Shown piece by piece: positions 11,690 through 21,667 of a stretch of DNA of 64,000 nucleotides. Made by a program: the position numbers and the translations under genes. Source of the DNA: Eledone cirrhosa (Eukaryota). The stretch is taken from positions 136,276,001-136,340,000 of the forward strand of contig OZ024744.1 of assembly GCA_964016885.1 (NCBI GenBank), read 5' to 3'. The stretch's first letter is position 1, and each line of letters starts with the position of its first letter. Under the pieces are notes generated by a model that did not search any database, was not told the origin of the DNA, and worked only from the letters and a program-made list of their open reading frames with translations.

Positions 11690-11840
11690 CACACAGAGTG
11701 GACTGAGGTTAGCTGGACATGCTCACCGACATCCAGAGTTGACACTGCACTCAGTGCTCCTGTGGGAGCCCCTGCATGGACACACTGGAAGAGGTAAACC
11801 AAGGTTAACATATGTTGATGCCCTAAGGACAGACACTACG
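11690..11840 (+). mobile_element. RTE-like LINE fragment of a different family
   Basis: LRLAGHAHRHPELTLHSVLLWEPLHGHTGRGKPRLTYVDALRTDT has the RLxxAGH...GRP C-terminal pattern. Confidence 0.65.
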
Positions 11841-12109
11841 CCATTATTGTACTGTAATGTCATGAAATATCATCACAGTAACTAACGTCGATTTTTCTTC
11901 CTTGTATTCTCCTGACAGAAAAACCATTATTGCCAACATTGGGAAGACCGGGTGGGGAGCAAAAGTTTGTATATATAGAACTAACTCCGAATTGCAGGTT
12001 GGGGTGAAATTTCTGAGATATCTTGAAGTGCAACTCATGCTCGTCCTTGATTTTCTCAAAATCGTGACGGCTGTGACACAAAATCTTTGTGTAGTGATGT
12101 ATGTGAATT

Positions 12110-12291
12110 GGCAGTATTGGTAGACGGTCGGACGCCATGCTTTGTAGCATAGAGTTATGGCCCTTTATGATCTAAGTTCAAATCCCGCCGAGGTTAACTT
12201 TCCCTTTCATCCTTATGGGGTCGATAAAATAAAGTACCAGTAATGCACTGGTGTAATTGCTGGCCTTGTGCCAAAAGTAGAAACAATTATT
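12110..12291 (+). mobile_element. tRNA-derived SINE (family 1)
   Basis: Collinear with 7594-7773. Confidence 0.85.
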
Positions 12292-12309
12292 GTACTGTAA
12301 TGTGTTGTT

Positions 12310-13125
12310 CATCATCACTGTTTTACGTCCGTTCTTCCACACTAGCATGGGTTAGACAGGTTGTCCTGTTGTGGGCTTTTTTCCATGGCGCCTACACGTC
12401 CACTTTACAGTGGGAGGATGTGGGGGCATATTGTCTATATTCTTCAGCTTCGGCTTGTACCCCTGGGGGGTCGGCTCTTCTGTATTACTGTGTGACGCCA
12501 GAGAGGTGTAATTGGGTAAGGCCAGCTTTTATCACGTCGTCCCAGGTATTCTTGGGTCTCCCCACTTCGCGGTTTCCATCGACTTCTAGTGCTCTGCACC
12601 TTTTTATGCAGCTGTCATCCTTCATACGCATCACATGTCCATTCCAATGCAACCGCCTCTCCTGCACACAGCATTTAATTCCTCTTATGCACAGTCTCTC
12701 TCTCAATTCATTTATGCTTTGCCGTTCGCGTATATTACTATTACACATCCATCGGAGCATGCAAGTTTCGTTTCTTTCTAATCTACGCAAGTCTTCCACC
12801 TTCAGCGCCCAGGTCTCACTACCATGCAACATTGCTGTTCGGATACACGCATCATACTCTGCCTTTCATTTTGAGGGAAAAGCCTTTTGCAGCTAGCAGT
12901 GGCAGTAGCTCCCTAAACTTCTTCCATCCCGTTCTTACCCTAGTTATTGTACTTTCTGAACACCCACCTCCGCTGCTAATTCGGTCACCTAGGTAGCAGA
13001 AGCTGTCTACTGTTTCTACAGGGCCCTCCCAGAGATTGGTGGTGCTTGTTTCCTTTGGCTGTTTGCTGCTTCCTGTCCCAGCACAGCTGCTGCATGTGAA
13101 GCCTACATTCTTGTTCTGTGGTAAC
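12310..13125 (-). mobile_element. RTE-clade LINE 3' fragment
   Basis: ETVDSFCYLGDRISSGGG...MLHGSETWAL...NELRERLCIRGIKCCVQERRLHWNGHVMRM; 3' tail GGACGTAAAACAG(TGA)n. Same subfamily as 1-966. Confidence 0.88.
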
Positions 13126-13157
13126 ATGTTTTTCTCCAATATATTGTATCGTTACAG

Positions 13158-13481
13158 GTGAGACTCCAGAAACTACAGCATTTCTCACGTTGCTTTCCAC
13201 CTGGGATAAAGATGAGCTGGAGCAGAAACTTGGCCAGCGTGTTGAGTTTTCCAAACGTGCCATCGGCCGGCTGCTGCAAGCGTTTGACCGTTTGGTGCAA
13301 CGTAACGAACGACTGCAGCGCGCCCTACGAGAGCACGTCCTTGCGTTGGCAACTGAATCGATGGCTGATGACGAGAAACCTCCAGCCCCTCCTCCTCCAC
13401 CACCTCCACCACCAACATCAGAGACATCAGTGACAGGAGGCAGTGATGCCACTGATATTAAAAAGCCCAAATTGGAACTAG
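13158..13481 (+). CDS. Bre1: Internal coding exon B of Bre1/RNF20-40 (GETPETTAFLTLLSTWDKDELEQKLGQRVEFSKRAIGRLLQAFDRLVQRNERL...PPPPPPPP...KKPKLEL)
   Basis: ttacAG acceptor at 13156-13157 and GTatga donor at 13482. The peptide matches the recalled Bre1 motif TTSFLxxLSTWDKEELDEKLxxRVxxSKRAV. Phase 1 in, phase 1 out. Confidence 0.9.
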
Positions 13482-13491
13482 GTATGAGAAT

Positions 13492-13598
13492 ATTACTGTG
13501 AAAATACAATAGTATATATAGAGTAATGTAAATGTTATGTGAGGTATTATGTGATGTAAAGCCTTTACTGTGAAAATACAATAGTATATATAGAGTGA
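13492..13598. repeat. ~60-bp minisatellite, left half of an array split by the L1/Tx1 insertion
   Basis: TTACTGTGAAAATACAATAGTATATATAGAGTAATGTAAATGTTATGTGAGG units. Confidence 0.85.
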
Positions 13599-13826
13599 TT
13601 TCTTTATTTGCCACCAGGGCACAAAAGGTAGGGACAGATACAAGGGGGGAAGTTTACATATAATTAACGAGTACAAAAATATAACAATGAAATAACAACA
13701 AATGAAGTCCTCAATAGGGAGGGGGCATTAACATGGGTCGCACACACCCTGGAAAAATGTGCAACCCTTCTCCTCAGGAGCACAAAGAGTAGGTGCTTCC
13801 CTCGTCTCCGCTTTTTCCTCTTTCAC

Positions 13827-16800
13827 CTACAGGCTGATATAGAGAGAAGACCCATTCACTCTGGCCATTCTCCCTACTTTCACCCACCTTTCATAAAACT
13901 TGCTGCGGTAGAGCACCTCTCTCTCCATTCTGATCCTTCTTTTAAAATGGTATTTGAAAAAGGGGACCAGTTGTTGGCCGGAGAGAAAGGTGTCTGACCT
14001 CAGCCCTTTCAGCCTCGTCCACCATACAATTTCTTTAGCCATGGCTATCACACAGAGAAAAACCGCCTCTCCTTCGTTTTTGAAAGGGGGAGGCGGTTTG
14101 ATCGTGACAATGGACTCGGTGGTCAACCGGATTGGTCCCACCCTCGACAGTAGTCGTTCCACATAGCCCCACAGATCGGCAATGCCTGGGCAGTGTACGA
14201 ATGCGTGCGCAACGGTTTCGTCGTCATGCACGCATCTCGGACAGATCTTATTCAAAGGATCCCTACGCAGGCCCCCATGCCTGTGGAGCTTGTCTCGAAC
14301 TGGTAGAGCCCCTCGGTAGCGCTGCCAAGCCAGGGACTTTTGGAAGTTGTCCATCAGTCCAGGGCCAAACGTCCTACCGAACAGACTGGCCAGTTCATCT
14401 TCCTCCATGCCTAGAGCTTCTCCGAGAGCATCGTCGCACCTGCTGCGTACCAACCCTCTATAGAATGTCGAGGTGGAGTCCACTGATTGCCGGGTCCGCT
14501 TTCCAGAGGGCCGTGAGCGCCTGGGCACATTCAATGTGCCAGTCGCCCACTTTTCTCGGTCTTTGCTTGACCCAGGATTGCAGCTCGGTGAGCGAGACGA
14601 GTCTGGGAAAGGCTCGCCTCACAAACGGGGCCCACACCGGTTGACCGGTGAGGAATACCTGGAGGTGCCGTAGCCTTAATGCGTGTTTACGCATCTGTAG
14701 CCACGGCATCCCCAGCCCTCCTTTCGAAGGGTGTTGACAGCAGGCAGATGGATCTCCTCACCAAAGGGGTCCGCTTGTTCCAAAGAAATTGGAACAGCGC
14801 GCACTCCATTTTGGCGAGTCTTTTCACTGGGCAAGGCACGACGGTCAAGCGGTAGTAGATGACGGATGCTATATAAGTATCGCCACCTCCGCTCGACCTT
14901 TCAGGGATAGTTTGCACTGGGCCCACTTCTGGGTGAGTGCAAACACCCTGGCCGTTACCTCGTTCCAGTTTTTCTCCACCTGGAGGTCTGGTCCGAACCA
15001 GACCCCAAGCAGCTTCACCGGGCCCTCCGTCCAGCGTCCGACGACGTCGTTGGAGGGCATCGGTTTGCCTCTCCATGTTCCGAGTTGCAAACCGACGGAC
15101 TTGTCCCGGTTCAGCTTGGCGCCTGTAAACCTTTCATATTCCTCCAGTAAGGTGCCGATCTCACCGATTTGTGAGGTTTTCAACACCATTACTGTCACGT
15201 CATCGGCGTAGGCCGACGCCGCTTTCTGCAATCCCGGTTCCAAAGGGATGCCCTGCAACTGCTCCAACTTCCGCAGCAAATACAGAAGGGAGGAGAGAGG
15301 GCATCCCTGTCGGATGGATCGCATGATTTGGAACGGCTCCGAGAGGTGGCCGTTCACCTTGACCCTTGAGCAGACGTTGCTGCTGTGCATCGCAGCAATC
15401 CAACCCCTGAAAACGGGTCCGAAGCCTGCTGCGCGAGCACCGCATCCAGGTAACGATGGTCAACCCTATCGAAAGCTTTAGATTGATCCAAGTTGATCAG
15501 GGCCCCACCAAAGCCGGGTTCATTCCCTACCCTGTCTATGATGTATCGCATAAGGTAGAGATTGTCGTGAATGGACCTGGACGGGATTGCGCATGTCTGC
15601 GCTTCTCCCACCAGGTTTCCGACGACAAGCGCCAACCTCTTCGCTAACACCTTGGCCAAAATCTTTAACTCTGTATTTAGCAGAGTTATGGGCCTGAAGT
15701 TACTTATGTCATCCCCCTTGTTCTCATCCTTCCTCACCAGCGTAACTACGCCCTTGGTCACAGAACTGGGAATTCTCCCGTTCTGCTGCCAGTTGCAGTA
15801 GACCGCTTCGAGGATATCGGAGAACAAGTCCGGCATCGCTACATATAGCTCGTATGGTAGACCATCGAGACCCGGGGATTTGCGTTTGCCGCATTGGCTC
15901 AGCGCCGCCCCTATCTCAGCAGCTGAAATCGGCCTTTCGCAGGACTTCGTGTCCGAGAGGCGCGGCAGACCGTCGAGGTATGGATTGAAATCCATAGACT
16001 CACCCGGCGCGCCGCCCCTCTCGAACAGTCGTGCAAAGTGCCGCTGAAAGGCCGCACACATCTGCCCAGGTTCAAGGATCACACGCCCATCCTGGTCCTT
16101 CAAAGACCGAATCGTGGACTTGTTCCCACTTTTTGCCTCTGTCACTCGGGCCCAGCTAACAGCTTTGGCTCCCTCATTACCCAGAGCACGTATTTTACTC
16201 CTGACAACGCAGCCTTCATGCTTCACCTCAAAGAACTGGTCTAAGGCCATTCTTGATGCCAGCACGCTGGCTACATTGCCACTCCTAATCGCCTCTTCTA
16301 CTCTATCTACTAATTCCCTTTCCGTCATGTTCCTATCCCTTGCTAATTCCTGACTAAAACCTATCGATTCTATTCTAATTGCTCTCTTAAGAGAGCTCCA
16401 CCACCTGTTGTTGACAATTGCCCCTGTCAAACTCTGCTTAACTAACGTGCTAATCCGTTTACTGTAAGCTTTGCTTTTCGGTAAGGACAAGTTCAGCTTC
16501 CAGTAACCGGGTCCCTGTCTATGGGTTATATCAAGGTTGGCTATGCAGGTCACTAACTTGTGATCCGAATAGTCAACCATGAACATTTTTGGACAGCTAA
16601 ATGTGTCCCTATCCTTCTCTCTAACTAGGACCCTATCTTGGTACGACCTAGATGTTCCGCTGCGATTGGTCCACGTCCATAGTGGTACAGTCGGAAAATC
16701 TAGTCGATATCTATCGGCCAGGTCAAATCGGCCGATTAACCTTTTGAGGCTTTTACACCCCCCTCTATTGGCACATGCCCCTACATAGTCCCAACGTGCA

Positions 16801-17240
16801 TCCAGGATACCATTCCAGTCCCCCACTAAAAGCAAGGAGTGGGACATTCCCAGAAAAGTTTCCAGACGTTGGAAGTAGTCCAGCCGCGCTGCCCAAAAAG
16901 GGGCGTACACAGCAATTAGTCTAAGGGCTCCACTTTCACTACTGCCGACGTCTAAAACCACCAGTTGACCCTCCGGGTCCAGGTGCACCTTCTGTATGGC
17001 GAGGCCCAGGTGTTTTCGCAGCTGAACGACAACTCCACCCCCACCCCCCGGTTGACAGAGAGATGCGAAGATCTCAAAGTCGTCGGAGAGGGGCGCCAGT
17101 TGGTGCTCGCTGCTGATCCTGGACTCGCAAATAGCCATTACATCCATTCTATGCGACCTGAGATCGTTTAAAAGTTTACCTTGTTTCCAAGACAGTCCCA
17201 GGCCGCGTACATTCAGACACCCAACTCTTATATCAGCCAT
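13827..17240 (-). pseudogene. ORF2 of the L1/Tx1 element: AP-like endonuclease + reverse transcriptase, frameshifted
   Basis: CLNVRGL, GDWN, TW, SDH (APE); KSPGLDG, FRPITLLNTELKILAK, LDQSKAFDRVDH, IRQGCPLS, YADD (RT); CPRC...ETVAHAFVHC (C-terminal). Frame changes near 15430, 14880 and 14720. Confidence 0.92.
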
Positions 17241-17261
17241 GTTGGTTAAAAGAGGAAGGAC

Positions 17262-18945
17262 CTACCTGTTCGGCTCCTGAGGAGCAGGTTGCACAATATC
17301 CGTGGGCGTATTGGAGGGGTTGTTTGGTGGGGTGGGGGTGTTTGGTGAGGTGTGGGTGGGGAAACGTTTCAAGAGGACGCGGTTATAGGGTCGAGTACAT
17401 GTTTTCCCCACGTCCTCAGGAAAGTTCTCTCTTAGTTTTGCATAGGTGTCCATTGGGAGTCTTATCATTTTTAAATGCGGTTTGTTGGCCGCGCTTGCAA
17501 AGAATTGCCCTTCAGTTTCCACCGAAGGGTCTTTGTGTATTGCTTTTACTAGTTCTTTGTTATTTGTGTTAATGTATGTATACTGTTTTATTTGTGTTGT
17601 ATTTGTTTGTTGTTCTTGTGTGTGCTTGCGTTTTGTTGTATGTGTTATGTTTTGGGGTGGGGCGGATTTTGTTTGTTCTGTTTGTTTTGTTTTTGTTGGT
17701 GGTTGTGTGTTTGTTTCGTTTATGTTCGAGTGGTGCTTTCTTTTTTTCCTTTTTACAGGTTGGAAGGGTCCCCCCTCTTCGTCACTAGGTGCCGTTTCAG
17801 CTGGGTCCTCGTCCGTGCTGTCGGGTAGTGGTGTATTTTGGGGTTTTGTTGTGTTTGTGTGTGTTTTTGGAGTTGTTTTGGGTGGGGCCGTGTCTTGTGT
17901 TATTTTTCCGTGTTGTTTTTGTTGTGGTGGTGGTAGTGGTGGTGGTGGTAGTGGTGGCGGTGGTGGTGTGTGGGGTGTAGGCAAAAGAGCCTTTTTTTTT
18001 TGTCAATTGAGGACAGGCAGCCTTTAGATGACCCCTGCTTGAACAGTAGTAACATATGGGCCTCCTACCCTCGGCTGAAATGTATATAAATGTTTCTCCA
18101 TCGAGGGACACCCTCTGTGGTATTCTAGCTATTCGTTCTGGTCTCATTTGGACCAGAACCTCCACGCTCAAACCGCCGAAAACGTCTGTGGTGACTTCTC
18201 CTACTGAGAGGATTCCGTCCTCGTCTTCTAAAAATCCTGTTAGTACCCAGGAAATGCATGCATTTGGCCGGATTCCGGAGACTCTTATTTTCTGCGTTCT
18301 TTTCCCCAAATATGTGGGGAAAAATGTGTGTAGTTTGGAAACAATTGGCGCCACAGAGTATTTCCTGGCCGTCAATTGATCCTTCATTAGCACCGTTATA
18401 TTCCCATAGAGTGGCCCTTTTTGTATGAACGATATATCACTCCACACATTTTTTAGGACCAGCTCAATTTCTTTTTGGGATAATTGAGTTGGTTTCCTTG
18501 TTATGTTGGAAATTGTTCTGAAAGATATCGTTCTTAGTGTCGTGTCTCTTTTGATTTCTTGTGGGGAGGTGATTGTGAAGTCTCCTCCTTCTTTGAAAGT
18601 TACATACTGTTTTGCTTCCTTCATCTTTTCTCTCAGAGTTGTAATGACCAGTTGCTTGCAGGTCTATGTTTTCCGGACCGCCTGTGCAAAGGAGGCACCA
18701 GTAGTGGGTTCGCTTTGTTTGGTGTTATCGTTATTTTTTCCTTGGTTGGTGTTGTGACTATTACTGTTATTGTCATTGTTGTTTTTGTCTGCGTTTGTGA
18801 CTTTCTGGGTTTTCACCCATTTTTACAAATGTTTCTTTTAATTTGCAGAAGTGAGGAGGGAAGACTTAGAGCATTGTGCTTCTAGCTTCTCTGTATCACC
18901 TTTCGTGGCTTTCTCGTTAGGATGAGATGTGAAAATTCCGTCCAT
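17262..18945 (-). pseudogene. ORF1 (gag-like) of the L1/Tx1 element, with stops and one frameshift
   Basis: SFAQAV motif, CCHC knuckle CYYCSSRGHLKAAC, then a Pro/Thr-rich tail in another frame after the T10 run at 17992-18001. It ends just upstream of the ORF2 ATG at 17240. Confidence 0.8.
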
Positions 18946-19145
18946 TTCTATCAGTTTGCCGTAATAAATTTTTAACTGGAAAATTCGCCCCAAAAAGGGG
19001 CGAAAATAAATAAACTCAAAGTTTGACGACCAAGGCAAGGGGTTAACGTATATTACAGTATAAAAAAATTAATCAAAACTCACTTTTGAGTAAGTAAATC
19101 CAACTCGGTAGCCGAGCTTGTTCACACACGTCTCTCGTATACGAG

Positions 19146-19280
19146 ATGTTATGTGAGATATTATGTGAGGTAAAGCCTTTACTGTGAAAATACAATAGTA
19201 TATATAGAGTAATCTAAATGTTATGTGAGGTAAAGACTTTACTGTGAAAATACAATAGTATATATAGAGTAATGTAAATG
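19146..19280. repeat. ~60-bp minisatellite, right half of the split array
   Basis: Two copies of ATGTTATGTGAGGTAAAG(C/A)CTTTACTGTGAAAATACAATAGTATATATAGAGTAAT. Confidence 0.88.
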
Positions 19281-19313
19281 CTAAAGTGTTAAATTAAATT
19301 GATATTATTACAG

Positions 19314-19609
19314 ATGCGACTTGTAGCAGCCGAGATGGTGTTGATAGAAAATCTGACTATTTAGACACGGTTGTGAAAAAGGAACCTGCTACATCAGAAT
19401 CTGTTGATGATGGCAACAATGTTAGTGATACAAATCATTGCAAGTTGCATTCAGACTCGGTCGATGTGAAGGTCGCTGTTGGATGTGCGACAACAACAAG
19501 CCTTGTTGATCTGCTGCAGATGGATCTCGCTGATGCACTGCAACAAAACAAACAGCTACATCAGTTGGTGACTCAATTACATCAGCAGCATCACGAGAAC
19601 AGCCTAAAG
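19314..19609 (+). CDS. Bre1: Internal coding exon C of Bre1/RNF20-40 (DATCSSRDG...DLADALQQNKQLHQLVTQLHQQHHENSLK)
   Basis: ttacAG acceptor at 19312-19313 and GTttgt donor at 19610. The exon is open in the frame set by exon B (G+AT=Asp). Its coiled-coil end resembles Bre1 NxxLxxLxTxLHExHHxxSLK. Confidence 0.82.
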
Positions 19610-19646
19610 GTTTGTATTTACTTTAATGTGTGTGTATTATCATCTA

Positions 19647-20350
19647 GTATCTAGAATAAGGACGGGTTGGGAGAAGTTTAGGGAGCTGCTTCCTCTGTTG
19701 ACAAAGAAGGGTTTCTCCCTACGAACGAAAGGCCGGTTATATGATGCTTGTGTGAGATGCGCGATGATGCATGGTCGTGAAACATGGGCAGGAACTGAGG
19801 AGGATATGCGACGACTGGAGAGAAATGAGGCAAGCATGCTCCGTTGGATGTGCAGTGTCAATGTGCGTGAATGACCAAGCATAGACGAGTTGAGAGAGAA
19901 ACTGTATAAGAGGAATAAGTTGTAGTGTGTGAGTGAAGACTGCGATGGTATGGACATGTGATGTACATGGAGGATGACCGCTGGGTAAAGAAGTGCCAAG
20001 AAATCCCAGTAGAAGGAAGACCATGAAAGACATGGGCGGAGGTGGTGAGAGTGACACTGTATATAAGAGGGATAAACTGTAGTGTGCAGGAGAGAAGACT
20101 GAGATGGTATGGACATGTGATGTACATGGAGGATGACCGCTGGGTAAAGAAGTGCCAAGAATTCCCAGTAGAAGGAAGATGCAGTAGAGGAAGACCACGA
20201 AAAACATGGGCGGACGTGGTGAGAGCTGACCTCAGATCGCTGAACCTCACAGATGAGATGACGAGGGACCGTGACGAATGAAGACATGCTGTGCTGAATA
20301 GGACCCGTCCCACCCTTTCAAGCAGGAAAAAATGGACGTAAAATAATGAT
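19647..20350 (+). mobile_element. RTE-clade LINE 3' fragment with an internal tandem duplication; close relative of the satellite's parent
   Basis: SRIRTGWEKFRELLPLLTKKGFSLRTKGRLYDACVR..., with two successive copies of the ...RLRWYGHVMYMEDDRWVKKCQE block (~19890-20050 and ~20050-20225). Confidence 0.88.
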
Positions 20351-20359
20351 TAGAATGAT

Positions 20360-20697
20360 GGGTGCTTTTTGCCGTGTCACCAACACAACACACTGGGGAC
20401 TAGGGAGGGTGGAGGAGCTTGGGGAAGAAAATGTGGTCAATTCCATTTTCGTCCACTGTAAAGTGGTCGTGTCGGTGACACGACAATAAGCACCCGGTCC
20501 ACACTTTAAAGTGTTTGTGGAGATAAAAAGGCTCCCAGTCCACACTGTAAATGTGGTTGGTATTAGGAAGGGCATCCTGTCATAGAAAATGTACCAGAGA
20601 CAGTTCTGTACGAGCGAGACATGGTCTCACAATCAATCTCGCCTCAAGTAGGACAAAACCGTCCAACTCATGCTAGCGTGGAAGATAGACGTTAAAT
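20360..20697 (+). mobile_element. RTE 3' UTR remnant
   Basis: CACACTGTAAATGTGGTTGGTATTAGGAAGGGCATCC...CATGCTAGCGTGGAAGATAGACGTTAAA matches 803-950. Confidence 0.75.
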
Positions 20698-20699
20698 GC

Positions 20700-21040
20700 A
20701 TCTTTCCTCAAAATTATGGACCCCATCATTCACCATTCCATGCCAACTTTCTCTTTCAAGAGATTCTATCTACCCGTCAGCCATCATCAAACCAGTTTTT
20801 TTCAATGAGTCCTTTACACAATCCTTGAATCGGAGCCTTGGCTTGTGAGGTGGTCTCTTACACTTACAAAGCTCGCCATACAAGAGTTGTTTTGGGATTC
20901 AATCATCCTCCGTTCTGCAGAGGTGTCCAGTCCATCCCAAACGCCGTTGGTGGATGATACTCTCAATGCTCCGACACTCACTTCTCTCAAGGACCTCGAC
21001 ATCACTCACATGCATCTGTCACTTGTTGACATGTTACAGA
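20700..21040 (-). mobile_element. RTE/BovB-like LINE fragment
   Basis: Minus-strand translation ...RRLGWTGHLCRTEDD*IPKQLLYGEL...RPPHKPRLRFKD. Confidence 0.7.
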
Positions 21041-21065
21041 GTTTTCTCCTCTTACTTCTCTTTAG

Positions 21066-21284
21066 GTATCTGAATTACAAGACAAAGTCACTGCTGCAGA
21101 GACTGGCAATGCTGAATTACGAAACAAAGTTGATGACTTGGAGTATGATTATGAAAAAGCTGATCAACGTGCCAGAAAATTAGACCGACGACTAGCTGAC
21201 AGTCTGCAGAAGTTGCGGGGTTATGAAGAAGACCCAGTTGTACATGAAGGGGGCCGTACCATCTCTGGTGTTTCAAAGAATAAG
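21066..21284 (+). CDS. Bre1: Internal coding exon D of Bre1/RNF20-40 (VSELQDKVTAAETGNAELRNKVDDLEYDYEKADQRARKLDRRLADSLQKLRGY...GVSKNK)
   Basis: Long pyrimidine tract plus tttAG acceptor (21064-21065) and AAG|GTaagg donor at 21285. Phase 0 joins exon C. The peptide matches the Bre1 coiled coil ELQDKVTxAETxxAELxNxVDDLxY. No stop or RING domain is seen, so the gene continues past the window. Confidence 0.88.
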
Positions 21285-21434
21285 GTAAGGCTGAATGTTA
21301 CCTGTTCCGTCGTTCACTCTTTGACTATCTCATTGCTCAGTATGTATACTCCTCTTTCAACCCATATATGTTAATTCTCGCTTTCTCTCTCTCTAAGTTG
21401 TTGACTGTGACATTGAACATCTGACCAACACACG

Positions 21435-21667
21435 TCTAGAATAAGGACGGGTTGGAAGAAGTTTAGGGAGCTGCTTCCTCTGCTGACAAAGAAGGGTTTC
21501 TCCTTACGAACGAAAGGCTGGTTATATGATGCTTGTGTGAGATGCGCGATGCTGCAAGGTAGTGAGACATAGGCAGCAACTGAGGAGGATATGCGACGGC
21601 TGGAGAGAAATGAGGCAAGCATGTCCGTTGGATGTGCAGTGTCAATGTGCGTGAATGACCAAGCATG
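21435..21667 (+). mobile_element. RTE LINE fragment running directly into the satellite (parental flank)
   Basis: Near-identical to 19650-19885 and continues without a break into the first 80-bp monomer. Confidence 0.9.

Larger units (their letters stand above)
13599..19146 (-). mobile_element. Near full-length L1/Tx1-type non-LTR retrotransposon (~5.5 kb), antisense in the intron
   Basis: Two-ORF layout with ORF1 zinc knuckle and ORF2 APE+RT+Cys motif. The 3' end reads AATAAAGAAA on the minus strand. Both sides are the same minisatellite. Confidence 0.92.

Noticed and set aside
17324-18885. Plus-strand Val/Cys/Phe-rich ORFs
   Set aside because: They are antisense shadows of the A/C-rich ORF1 of the L1/Tx1 element.
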